A stretch of DNA of 64,000 nucleotides from Candidatus Gastranaerophilales bacterium (GTDB lineage Bacteria > Cyanobacteriota > Vampirovibrionia > Gastranaerophilales > Gastranaerophilaceae), in the NCBI GenBank assembly GCA_944326555.1, contig CALVEK010000009.1:13778-77777 (forward strand), in the 5' to 3' direction. Under the pieces are notes generated by a model, which saw only the letters and a program-made list of their open reading frames with translations, made no database searches and was not told the origin of the DNA. The position numbers were made by a program, and so were the translations under genes. Positions within the stretch are counted from its first letter, which is position 1, and every line of letters begins with the position of its first letter. Positions 56,973 to 64,000 of this stretch are shown in pieces.

Positions 56973-57782
56973 ATGAAACTTACCGTACTAACAGACAATA
57001 ACACTATAATTAACCAATATTTCCTTGGCGAACCTGCCTTGTCTTTTTACATTGAAATTGAAGATAAAAAAATCCTCTTTGACACAGGATATTCTGATGT
57101 ATTTTTAAAAAATGCACAAAAATTAAAAATTAACCTGAAAAATCTTGATTATATAATACTTTCCCATGGCCATGACGATCACACAGGCGGCCTAAAACAT
57201 ATTAAAGAATTACTCAAAGATGAAATAAAAAAGCCTCAAATAATAGCTTGTAACAATGTATTTGACGGAAGATATGATGAAAACGGCGATTTTGGCTGCC
57301 CTTTAAAAAAATCAGAAGTAGAAAAAACTTTTGATGTAATCTACGCAAAAGAACCGTACTTTATTTCCGATGATATCGTTTTTTTAGGCCCAATAAACAG
57401 AACAACGGATTTTGAAGCCAAAGAACCTGACGGCATAAACAGAGAGACAAATTCTCCTGACTTTGTTAAGGATGACAGCGCACTGGCAGTAAAAACAGAT
57501 GAGGGTTTGGTTATAATTACAGGGTGTTCTCACTCGGGTATCGTCAATATCTGTAAACAAGCATGCTCTGTTTTTGAGACAGATAAAATAAAAACAATAA
57601 TAGGTGGTTTGCATTTAATAAATGCTTCTTCTCAACAGCTGACAAAAACTGTTGATTACATTGCATCATTAAATACTAAAGAATTGCACACATGCCATTG
57701 TACAGGGTTAAAAGCACAGTTTGCACTTAATTCAATATCAGACGTAAAAGAAACAGGCTCCGGAAGTGTCTTATATTTTTAG
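56973..57782 (+). CDS. MBL-fold metallo-hydrolase
   Basis: The start is taken at MKLTVLTDNNT (Met32 of the listed ORF), because the upstream part runs through the tRNA and its terminator. HGHDDHTGG motif. Confidence 0.8.
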   Translation: MKLTVLTDNNTIINQYFLGEPALSFYIEIEDKKILFDTGYSDVFLKNAQKLKINLKNLDYIILSHGHDDHTGGLKHIKELLKDEIKKPQIIACNNVFDGRYDENGDFGCPLKKSEVEKTFDVIYAKEPYFISDDIVFLGPINRTTDFEAKEPDGINRETNSPDFVKDDSALAVKTDEGLVIITGCSHSGIVNICKQACSVFETDKIKTIIGGLHLINASSQQLTKTVDYIASLNTKELHTCHCTGLKAQFALNSISDVKETGSGSVLYF

Positions 57783-57801
57783 AGAATATTAAAATCATAA
57801 A

Positions 57802-57830
57802 TTGACAAAGATTTTTAGCAATCCTAAAAT
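57802..57830 (+). promoter_or_regulatory. Near-consensus sigma70 promoter of the glycopolymer locus
   Basis: TTGACA (57802-57807), 17 nt, then TAAAAT (57825-57830), 35 nt upstream of the TTG start at 57865. Confidence 0.6.
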
Positions 57831-57864
57831 ATGACAAGAATAAAAGACGATTAGAGATACAAAG

Positions 57865-59121
57865 TTGAGCCTAAAAGTTTCTGTTATAGTTCCTGTATAC
57901 AACACTTCTATTTATTTGAAGCAATGCCTTGAAAGTTTAATATCACAAACTTTAAAGGAAATTGAAATTATTTGCATAAATGACGGTTCCACAGATAATT
58001 CACTATCTATACTTGAGACTTACAAAAACAGAGACTCAAGAATAAAAATAATTAACCAACAAAATAAGGGGCAGTCATCGGCAAGAAATTCAGGCATAGA
58101 AGCAGCTCAGGGCGAATATATAGCCTTTTTAGACTCTGATGATTACGTCAAAAACGATTTTTTAGAAAAACTATATAAAAACGCAAAAAACTTTGACTCT
58201 GATATTAGCATGTGCTCAATAGAAATTTCTGACGAGAATACAGGCAAAAATTATTCTCATTCGCCATATCTTTCTCTTGATATTTTTGACAAAAGTTTTG
58301 AGAACAAATGTTTTTTACCATCTGAAACTTTTGATTTTTTGTTCAGAATATGTGTCGTCCCTTGGAACAAAATTTATAAACGTGATTTTTTAAACAAAAA
58401 CAATCTAAAATTTGTTGAAAATCTAAACTTTGAAGATAATGTATTTTTTATCGATGCCTACACGTCTGCTCATAGAATAAGCATTGTAAAGGAAGAACTT
58501 GTAATATACCGACAGAATTCACAAACATCATACTCAAGTGCCGTAAAAAAACATGACAAAAAGAAATTAGATTTCTTTAAAATATTTGAACTTGAAGAAA
58601 AAATACTAAAACAAAAAAATATTTATCATCAACTAAAAGAATATTTTGAATTCACTAAACTAAATTCGCTAAAAGATTGGTATGACAAAATTACAGATAT
58701 AGAAGTAAAAAAAGAATACGAAAAAATTTTTGATACAATATATCCTCATATAAAATATATCAAAAAACTCTTACCAATTTTTGAATTTGTCCAATATATA
58801 AAATTAAAATCACTGTTAAAAAATCACACAATAGTTTTTTGGGGCGCAAACAAATATCTGGAAAACTTCATAAAAAAATTTAACCTTAAAAACAATAATA
58901 TACTTGCGGTCATAGACAAATCACCTACAAAACAAAATACAAAAATATTTGATTACAAAGTTGTTTCTCCAAAACAAGTTGAAGAATTAGAACCTGATTA
59001 CATTGTACCGACAGTATTAAATATTCATGCATTTGAAAATATAATTAAAAAAGAGATAAATATAACGGATGAAAAAATTAAAAAAATTTTTACAGGCAAA
59101 TTTTTTAATAAAATAAGATAA
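57865..59121 (+). CDS. GT2-family glycosyltransferase with extra C-terminal Rossmann-like module
   Basis: 418 aa with a TTG start, VSVIVPVYN and the DSDD motif. The C-terminal 90 aa or so (IVFWGANKYLENF...ILAVIDKS) resemble the free-standing ORF at 63058-63483. Confidence 0.85.
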   Translation: MSLKVSVIVPVYNTSIYLKQCLESLISQTLKEIEIICINDGSTDNSLSILETYKNRDSRIKIINQQNKGQSSARNSGIEAAQGEYIAFLDSDDYVKNDFLEKLYKNAKNFDSDISMCSIEISDENTGKNYSHSPYLSLDIFDKSFENKCFLPSETFDFLFRICVVPWNKIYKRDFLNKNNLKFVENLNFEDNVFFIDAYTSAHRISIVKEELVIYRQNSQTSYSSAVKKHDKKKLDFFKIFELEEKILKQKNIYHQLKEYFEFTKLNSLKDWYDKITDIEVKKEYEKIFDTIYPHIKYIKKLLPIFEFVQYIKLKSLLKNHTIVFWGANKYLENFIKKFNLKNNNILAVIDKSPTKQNTKIFDYKVVSPKQVEELEPDYIVPTVLNIHAFENIIKKEINITDEKIKKIFTGKFFNKIR

Positions 59122-59144
59122 AAGTCTAAACGGAGACAAAAATA

Positions 59145-60377
59145 GTGCAAGAGTGGAAGTTGAATTTTGTTAATAGAATAAAAAATCTTACATACCATGA
59201 TTTATCAGGAGAAAAATACTTTTATATACAAAAAGTTTTTAGATCAATACGTAAAAAGGTCAAAGAAAAAGGAGAACTCAGAATCATATTTTATGTAAAT
59301 GAGCGTTCAAAATGGTCTGCTGATTCTCTTTTCAATGAACTAAAAAAACACAGTTGTATAAAAACAAATATCGCTCTCGCAAACAGGATTGAAGAAAAAG
59401 ATGACAAAGAGAATATTCAATTCTTTAAAAAAATAGACAAAGACTTGATAGTTTTGGAATATAAAAACGGTGAATACCAAAGTCTCCTTGAATTCAATCC
59501 GGACATTGTATTTTACCAACAGCCTTGGATGAATGGTGATAAAAATTATCCGTCAAACATGTACAAACATTGTCTTTGTGTATATATTCCATACGGTTTT
59601 ATCCTTGCAGAAAACAATCAGATACACTATTATACAAAATTTCACCATTCATTATGGAAGTATTTTGTAGAAAATAAAGAAGAAAAAAAACTTATCTGTA
59701 AAATGAACAAACAGATGTCAAAAACTATTTGCAATTTTGGCTATCCAAAACTTGATGTGTATTTTAACAGAAAAGTCAAAAACACAAACACAAAAACCGT
59801 CATTTATGCACCTCATTGGTCTGTACCCGGGTCGTTTTTGTTATTCTCAACTTTTCACAAAAACAAAGATTTTTTCTTAAAAGTTGTAAAAGAGAACCCT
59901 CAAATCAACTGGATTTACAAGCCGCATGAAGCATTAAGAACAAACATTGTCAAACAAGGATTTATGACAGAAGAGGAATATGAAAATTATGAAAAAGAAT
60001 GGAATAATCTTCCAAACGCTAAAGTAATAAAAGACGGAAACTACTTTGATTTGTTTATAAATTCAGACGCACTAATAACAGACAGTGTATCTTTCCTCGC
60101 TGAATATTTACCTACGGGTAAACCAATAATACACCTTAGATTGGAACAAGATTCAGGATTTAACATAATTGCTCAAAAAATTATAAAAGATTATTATAAA
60201 GTATATAATGAAGAAGAATTTAATGAAATTTTTAAAAGAGTTGTAATAGACGGAGATGATTTTCTTTATAAAAAAAGAATGAAAGCCTTAAAATACTTGA
60301 TGGATAACAAGAAACCTGCTTGTGAAAATATTACAAACTACATTTTAAAAACATTCAAACCATACAAAAAGAACTAA
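59145..60377 (+). CDS. CDP-glycerol/ribitol glycerophosphotransferase-like (TagB/TagF family) enzyme
   Basis: 410 aa with a GTG start and SD GGAGA. VIYAPHWS (compare YAPTWR) and LITDSVSFLAEYL (compare ITDYSS) lie in the C-terminal half. Confidence 0.65.
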   Translation: MQEWKLNFVNRIKNLTYHDLSGEKYFYIQKVFRSIRKKVKEKGELRIIFYVNERSKWSADSLFNELKKHSCIKTNIALANRIEEKDDKENIQFFKKIDKDLIVLEYKNGEYQSLLEFNPDIVFYQQPWMNGDKNYPSNMYKHCLCVYIPYGFILAENNQIHYYTKFHHSLWKYFVENKEEKKLICKMNKQMSKTICNFGYPKLDVYFNRKVKNTNTKTVIYAPHWSVPGSFLLFSTFHKNKDFFLKVVKENPQINWIYKPHEALRTNIVKQGFMTEEEYENYEKEWNNLPNAKVIKDGNYFDLFINSDALITDSVSFLAEYLPTGKPIIHLRLEQDSGFNIIAQKIIKDYYKVYNEEEFNEIFKRVVIDGDDFLYKKRMKALKYLMDNKKPACENITNYILKTFKPYKKN

Positions 60378-60380
60378 AAA

Positions 60381-60980
60381 ATGACAAAATTCATATTCGA
60401 TTTAGACGGAACAATTACATCAAAAGAAACTCTCCCTCTTATATCAAATCATTTTAGGCTAAACGAAGAAATAGAAAGCCTGACAAAAGAAACGGTGGAG
60501 GGGAATATTCCATTTATAGAAAGTTTTATAAGACGGGTTTATATACTGGGGCAACTTCCTGTAGACGAAATAGACAACCTGCTTGAGACTGTAGAGTTAC
60601 ACCCAAAAGTTGTGGATTTTATATCCCAAAACTCGGACAATTGTGTCATTGCAACAGGAAACCTTGAATGCTGGATAAGTAAACTGGTGAAAAAAATCGG
60701 TTGCAAGTGTTATCACTCCGAAGGAATCATAAAAGATAATAAAGTAGAAAAACTTACAAAAATATTAAAAAAAGAAAATATCGTTTCTTTTTACAAAAAT
60801 GCCGGAGAAAAAGTAGTTTTTATAGGTGATGGTAACAATGATATGGAAGCAATGAGAATAGCAGATGTTGCAATAGCATCAGGATTAACTCACAAACCTG
60901 CTAAAAGTGTTCTTTCCGTATCTGATTACCTTGTATATAGTGAGGAGGCTCTATGTCGTCTGCTAAATCAGTTATTATAA
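60381..60980 (+). CDS. HAD-superfamily (subfamily IB, SerB-like) phosphatase
   Basis: 199 aa with motif I FDLDGTIT, a cap region resembling phosphoserine phosphatase, and motif IV GDGNNDMEAM. Confidence 0.8.
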   Translation: MTKFIFDLDGTITSKETLPLISNHFRLNEEIESLTKETVEGNIPFIESFIRRVYILGQLPVDEIDNLLETVELHPKVVDFISQNSDNCVIATGNLECWISKLVKKIGCKCYHSEGIIKDNKVEKLTKILKKENIVSFYKNAGEKVVFIGDGNNDMEAMRIADVAIASGLTHKPAKSVLSVSDYLVYSEEALCRLLNQLL

Positions 60981-61585
60981 GTTGTGCCGGCATAGGTTCC
61001 AGACTAGGGCTTGCCCAAACAAAAGCGCTACTCAATATAGAAGGCAAATCACTCATTGCTTGGCAATTGGAACTGTTTAAAGATATTGAGGACATTAGAA
61101 TAGTTGTTGGCTTCCAAGCTAAAGCCGTTATAAAAGAAGTCTTAAAATACAGAAAAGATGCAATCTTTGTTTACAACCACAATTATTTTGAAACAAAAAC
61201 GGGAGCAAGTTTTTATCTCGGAGCAAAAGATGCAAATGAGTACGTTATAGAATATGACGGTGATTTGCTGGTACATCCTGATGATATTAAAAAATGTCTT
61301 GTAGAAGAAGAATATATTGCTTATAGCGAAAAAACCTCTGACGAAGCTGTTTTTGTCAGAACTGATGAACAGGGGAATGTTTTATCTTTTTCAAAAAAAG
61401 ACGGCGATTATGAATGGACAGGCCCTGCTTGTATAAAAAAATCAAAACTAAAATATTCCACAGGAAATGTTTTTAACCAGCTTGAAGAACATTTACCAAT
61501 GAAAGGAATTAAAATAAGGGCACAAGATATAGACACATACGAAGACTATCAAAGAGCAATAGATTTTGTCAGAGGATGGAAATGA
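60953..61585 (+). CDS. LicC-like nucleotidyl(cytidylyl)transferase
   Basis: 210 aa with N-terminal CAGIGSRLG...TKALL and a layout resembling LicC/phospho-alcohol cytidylyltransferases. A strong SD GAGGAGG is present. It overlaps the HAD gene by 28 nt. Confidence 0.7.
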   Translation: MSSAKSVIISCAGIGSRLGLAQTKALLNIEGKSLIAWQLELFKDIEDIRIVVGFQAKAVIKEVLKYRKDAIFVYNHNYFETKTGASFYLGAKDANEYVIEYDGDLLVHPDDIKKCLVEEEYIAYSEKTSDEAVFVRTDEQGNVLSFSKKDGDYEWTGPACIKKSKLKYSTGNVFNQLEEHLPMKGIKIRAQDIDTYEDYQRAIDFVRGWK

Positions 61586-63051
61586 TTAAGAAAGTATTAC
61601 TGATAGTACCGCCAAACATAACTCTTGCATCTAACATAAGACGAATAGGCGAACCTATTGGCGTGTTATCAATAGCAACATACCTTGAAACCAAGGGGAT
61701 TGATGTTGAAGTATTTGATATGACAATAGAAGGCTACGAAAATCTAAAATATGAAGGTGATTTTGTAATTTATGGCAGCTCAAAGGAAGATTTAGAAGAA
61801 AAAATCAAAAAATGCAAACCCGATATGGTAGGAATTTCTGCCATGTTTACATCTAAAGAGAAACTGGCTCTAAATGTATGTGAAACAGTAAAAAACATTA
61901 ACCCCAATATCATTATTGCCGCAGGAGGTATGCCTCCTACTGTTGAACCTTTAAAATATATAGAAAGCGGATTAATTGACTATGTAATAATGAATGATGG
62001 AGAAGTCAGACTTCATAAACTGATTGAAAACTTAAACAACAAAAGACAACCCGATTTTGATCTTGATGGAATCTGCTATAAAACATCAGGTGAAACAATC
62101 CTAAAAAATCCTGCTAAATTGAATGAGTATTTTGGTGTATTACCTTATCCTAAAAGAAAATTCATCGATATGGAAAAACTTTTTAAAATAGGAAAGCCCT
62201 ATGCACCCTACAACCAAGGACGAAGAACAGGACATATAGTAGCTTCAAAAGGTTGTCCAAACAATTGTATATTCTGCGCAGCAGTTAATTTTGTAGGTAA
62301 AAAAATCCATTTTAGAACAATTGAAAGCCTAAACACAGAAATCGAAGAACTTGTTAATAAATACAAAATACAAGAAATTCAATTCATGGATGACAATCTG
62401 ACAGCAAATAAAAAGTTTGCAATGGAACTTTTTAAAAGCATAAAAAAATATAACCTAAAATGGTGCACACCAAACGGGCTCTTTTTTAATTCATTAGATG
62501 ACGAACTTCTTGAAACAATGGCGGACAGCGGTTGTTATCAAATTACACTCGCAATCGAAAGCGGTTCAGAAAGGATGCTTAAAGAAGTTATTCAAAAACA
62601 TGTAAACCTAAAAAGGGTAAAACATATTGTAGACAAAGCTCATAATCTGGGATTAAGTGTCCATGGATTATTTGTAGTAGGAATTCCCGGAGAAACACTG
62701 GAAGAACTTCACCAAACACTTGATTTTCCGTTTAAAAACAATTTTGACAGTGTTTCGTTCTCTGTTGCACAAGCATTTAAAGGTTCAAGACTATATGAAG
62801 ATATTGAGAAAAAAGGTTATAAAATAAAAACACAAACCTCTGTAAATTATAAACAAACAAACTTTGTAATACCCGAAGACTCTCAAGATTATGTAATATC
62901 GCCAGAACTGCTCGAAAAAACAGTTGACGAAACTATCGAAAAATTCTACGATTGGTCAAAAACCAAATTCCCAAAAATCTGGGAAAATAAATACAAAAAG
63001 TTTATAGAACAACATACAGAAGACGAAGAAAAAGTAAAACACAGAATATAA
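61582..63051 (+). CDS. B12-binding-domain radical SAM enzyme (class B-like)
   Basis: The start is taken at the second ATG (ATGA overlap with the upstream stop; GAGGA 5 nt upstream). It has an N-terminal cobalamin-binding-type Rossmann domain, then the CPNNCIFC cluster motif. About 489 aa. Confidence 0.8.
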   Translation: MIKKVLLIVPPNITLASNIRRIGEPIGVLSIATYLETKGIDVEVFDMTIEGYENLKYEGDFVIYGSSKEDLEEKIKKCKPDMVGISAMFTSKEKLALNVCETVKNINPNIIIAAGGMPPTVEPLKYIESGLIDYVIMNDGEVRLHKLIENLNNKRQPDFDLDGICYKTSGETILKNPAKLNEYFGVLPYPKRKFIDMEKLFKIGKPYAPYNQGRRTGHIVASKGCPNNCIFCAAVNFVGKKIHFRTIESLNTEIEELVNKYKIQEIQFMDDNLTANKKFAMELFKSIKKYNLKWCTPNGLFFNSLDDELLETMADSGCYQITLAIESGSERMLKEVIQKHVNLKRVKHIVDKAHNLGLSVHGLFVVGIPGETLEELHQTLDFPFKNNFDSVSFSVAQAFKGSRLYEDIEKKGYKIKTQTSVNYKQTNFVIPEDSQDYVISPELLEKTVDETIEKFYDWSKTKFPKIWENKYKKFIEQHTEDEEKVKHRI

Positions 63052-63057
63052 GATAAA

Positions 63058-63483
63058 ATGTACAAAAAAATATTAGAAAAATTAGACGCCCAAAAAGTTA
63101 TTGAAAAACAGCAAAAAAAATATAAAAACAAAAAAGTAATTATATACGGCGCAGGACAATATACAAGATATATTTTTGAAAATTATGACCTAAGTGGATT
63201 CAACATAGTCGCTGTCGCTGACTTAAAATTTGATAGTAAAAAAAATGAAAAATTTTACGGTTACAAAACCATTTCTCCAAAGGAAATAAAAGATGAAAAC
63301 TTTGACATAATACTGCTAAGTTTTTTAGAGGAGTCAACACCTTATCAATATTTAAAATCACACAATTTAGAGTCAAAAGCAGATATGTTAATTAACCCAA
63401 CATTGATTACATGCATAAAATTAGCACTCGAAGAAAAGTTTGAAAATTTAATATATAGATTACAATACTGGTTAAAATCATAA
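63058..63483 (+). CDS. Small Rossmann-like protein (NeuD/PglD N-domain-like)
   Basis: 141 aa. The segment KKVIIYGAGQYTRYIFENYDLSGFNIVAVADLK is paralogous to the C-terminus of the GT2 protein. Confidence 0.55.
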   Translation: MYKKILEKLDAQKVIEKQQKKYKNKKVIIYGAGQYTRYIFENYDLSGFNIVAVADLKFDSKKNEKFYGYKTISPKEIKDENFDIILLSFLEESTPYQYLKSHNLESKADMLINPTLITCIKLALEEKFENLIYRLQYWLKS

Positions 63484-63533
63484 AAATATGAGATAATTAA
63501 GCGCATAGTTTTTATTATTTTGAGGAGGAAAAA

Positions 63534-64000
63534 ATGAACGACAAAACTTTTTTGATGATTCCAGGACCTACACCTGTACCGGAAAGCGTACTTTTAGCCA
63601 TGGCAAAACACCCTATAGGGCACAGAAGTTCAGAATTCTCCTCCATCTTAGAAGAAACCTATGCTGACTTAAAATGGTTATTCCAAACTCAAAACGATGT
63701 ATTTATTTACACATCAAGCGGTACAGGAGCAATGGAAGCAGCACTTTCTAACCTTGTTAACGAAGGAGACAAAGTGTTGTCATTGGTAATTGGAAACTTT
63801 GGCAACAGATGGGCAAAAATAGCTGCAGGCCTCGGTGCAGATGTTCAAAAAATTGAAGTTGCACCAGGGCAAGCAATCGACCCTAAAGTACTAAAAGAAG
63901 CACTTGATGCAGATGTGAATAAAGAAATAAAAATAGTAACTCTTACTCACAATGAAACAGCAACAGGTGTAACAAATCCGCTCAAGGAACTTGTTGCTTT
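63534..64000 (+). CDS. Class V aminotransferase (serine-pyruvate/alanine-glyoxylate type), 5' part only
   Basis: The ATG at 63534 follows SD GAGGAGG, and the frame is open to the window end. Motifs LMIPGPTPVPESVL, HRSSEF, SSGTGAMEA and THNETATGV are present. It is absent from the ORF track because no stop lies in the window. Confidence 0.85.
   Translation, partial: MNDKTFLMIPGPTPVPESVLLAMAKHPIGHRSSEFSSILEETYADLKWLFQTQNDVFIYTSSGTGAMEAALSNLVNEGDKVLSLVIGNFGNRWAKIAAGLGADVQKIEVAPGQAIDPKVLKEALDADVNKEIKIVTLTHNETATGVTNPLKELVA

Noticed and set aside
60381-63051. Phosphonate (fosfomycin/AEP-like) biosynthetic cluster
   Set aside because: No PEP mutase or phosphonopyruvate decarboxylase is present. 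The downstream class V aminotransferase has the HRSSEF/soluble-hydrogenase-type signature rather than a PhnW-like one, plus its own strong SD. Only the cytidylyltransferase-rSAM analogy is retained as a hypothesis.
1-64000. CRISPR arrays, transposases, integrases, prophage or defence-island hallmarks, and a genomic island at tRNA-Glu
   Set aside because: I noticed no regularly spaced repeats, no recombinase-like ORFs and no duplicated tRNA 3' end downstream of either tRNA. The UvrD-like helicase has no Gabija-type or other defence partner.

Overview
AT-rich bacterial chromosomal segment (roughly one-third G+C by eye), densely packed with about 58 protein genes and 2 tRNAs. I saw no rRNA, CRISPR array, transposase, integrase or obvious prophage. 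Housekeeping genes include der, plsY, malic enzyme, pheT (without pheS), lysS, recF, mutS, gmk, rpmI-rplT (without infC), birA and a UvrD/PcrA-type helicase. Anaerobe-type oxygen defence is present as a rubredoxin plus flavodiiron protein operon. Motility genes are a pilin-like gene fragment, an MCP / CheA-REC hybrid / HD-domain operon, a divergent double-CheW gene and a 664-aa flagellin. Many orphan proteins are also present. The combination suggests a flagellated low-GC anaerobe, possibly Melainabacteria-like, but this cannot be verified without a database search. The most notable observations follow. (1) An uncharacterised four-gene cassette at 24.3-28.0 kb sits behind a consensus promoter and a GC-enriched structured leader of about 215 nt; it encodes a Cys/His-knuckle coiled-coil protein translationally coupled to an internally duplicated 4-TM protein. 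(2) The variable domain of the flagellin is replaced by a GLUG-type repeat module. (3) Two sigma28/FliA-type promoters are present, one of which places an unknown TPR plus proline-rich membrane protein pair in a probable motility regulon. (4) A glycopolymer locus behind tRNA-Glu combines GT2, TagF-like, HAD, LicC-like cytidylyltransferase and a B12-binding radical SAM enzyme. (5) The malic enzyme carries a 130-aa insertion that looks like a degenerate partial self-duplication. (6) Several genes have a -10 box only 6-9 nt from the start codon and may be leaderless. All functional calls rest on motif recognition by eye, and no homology search was run.
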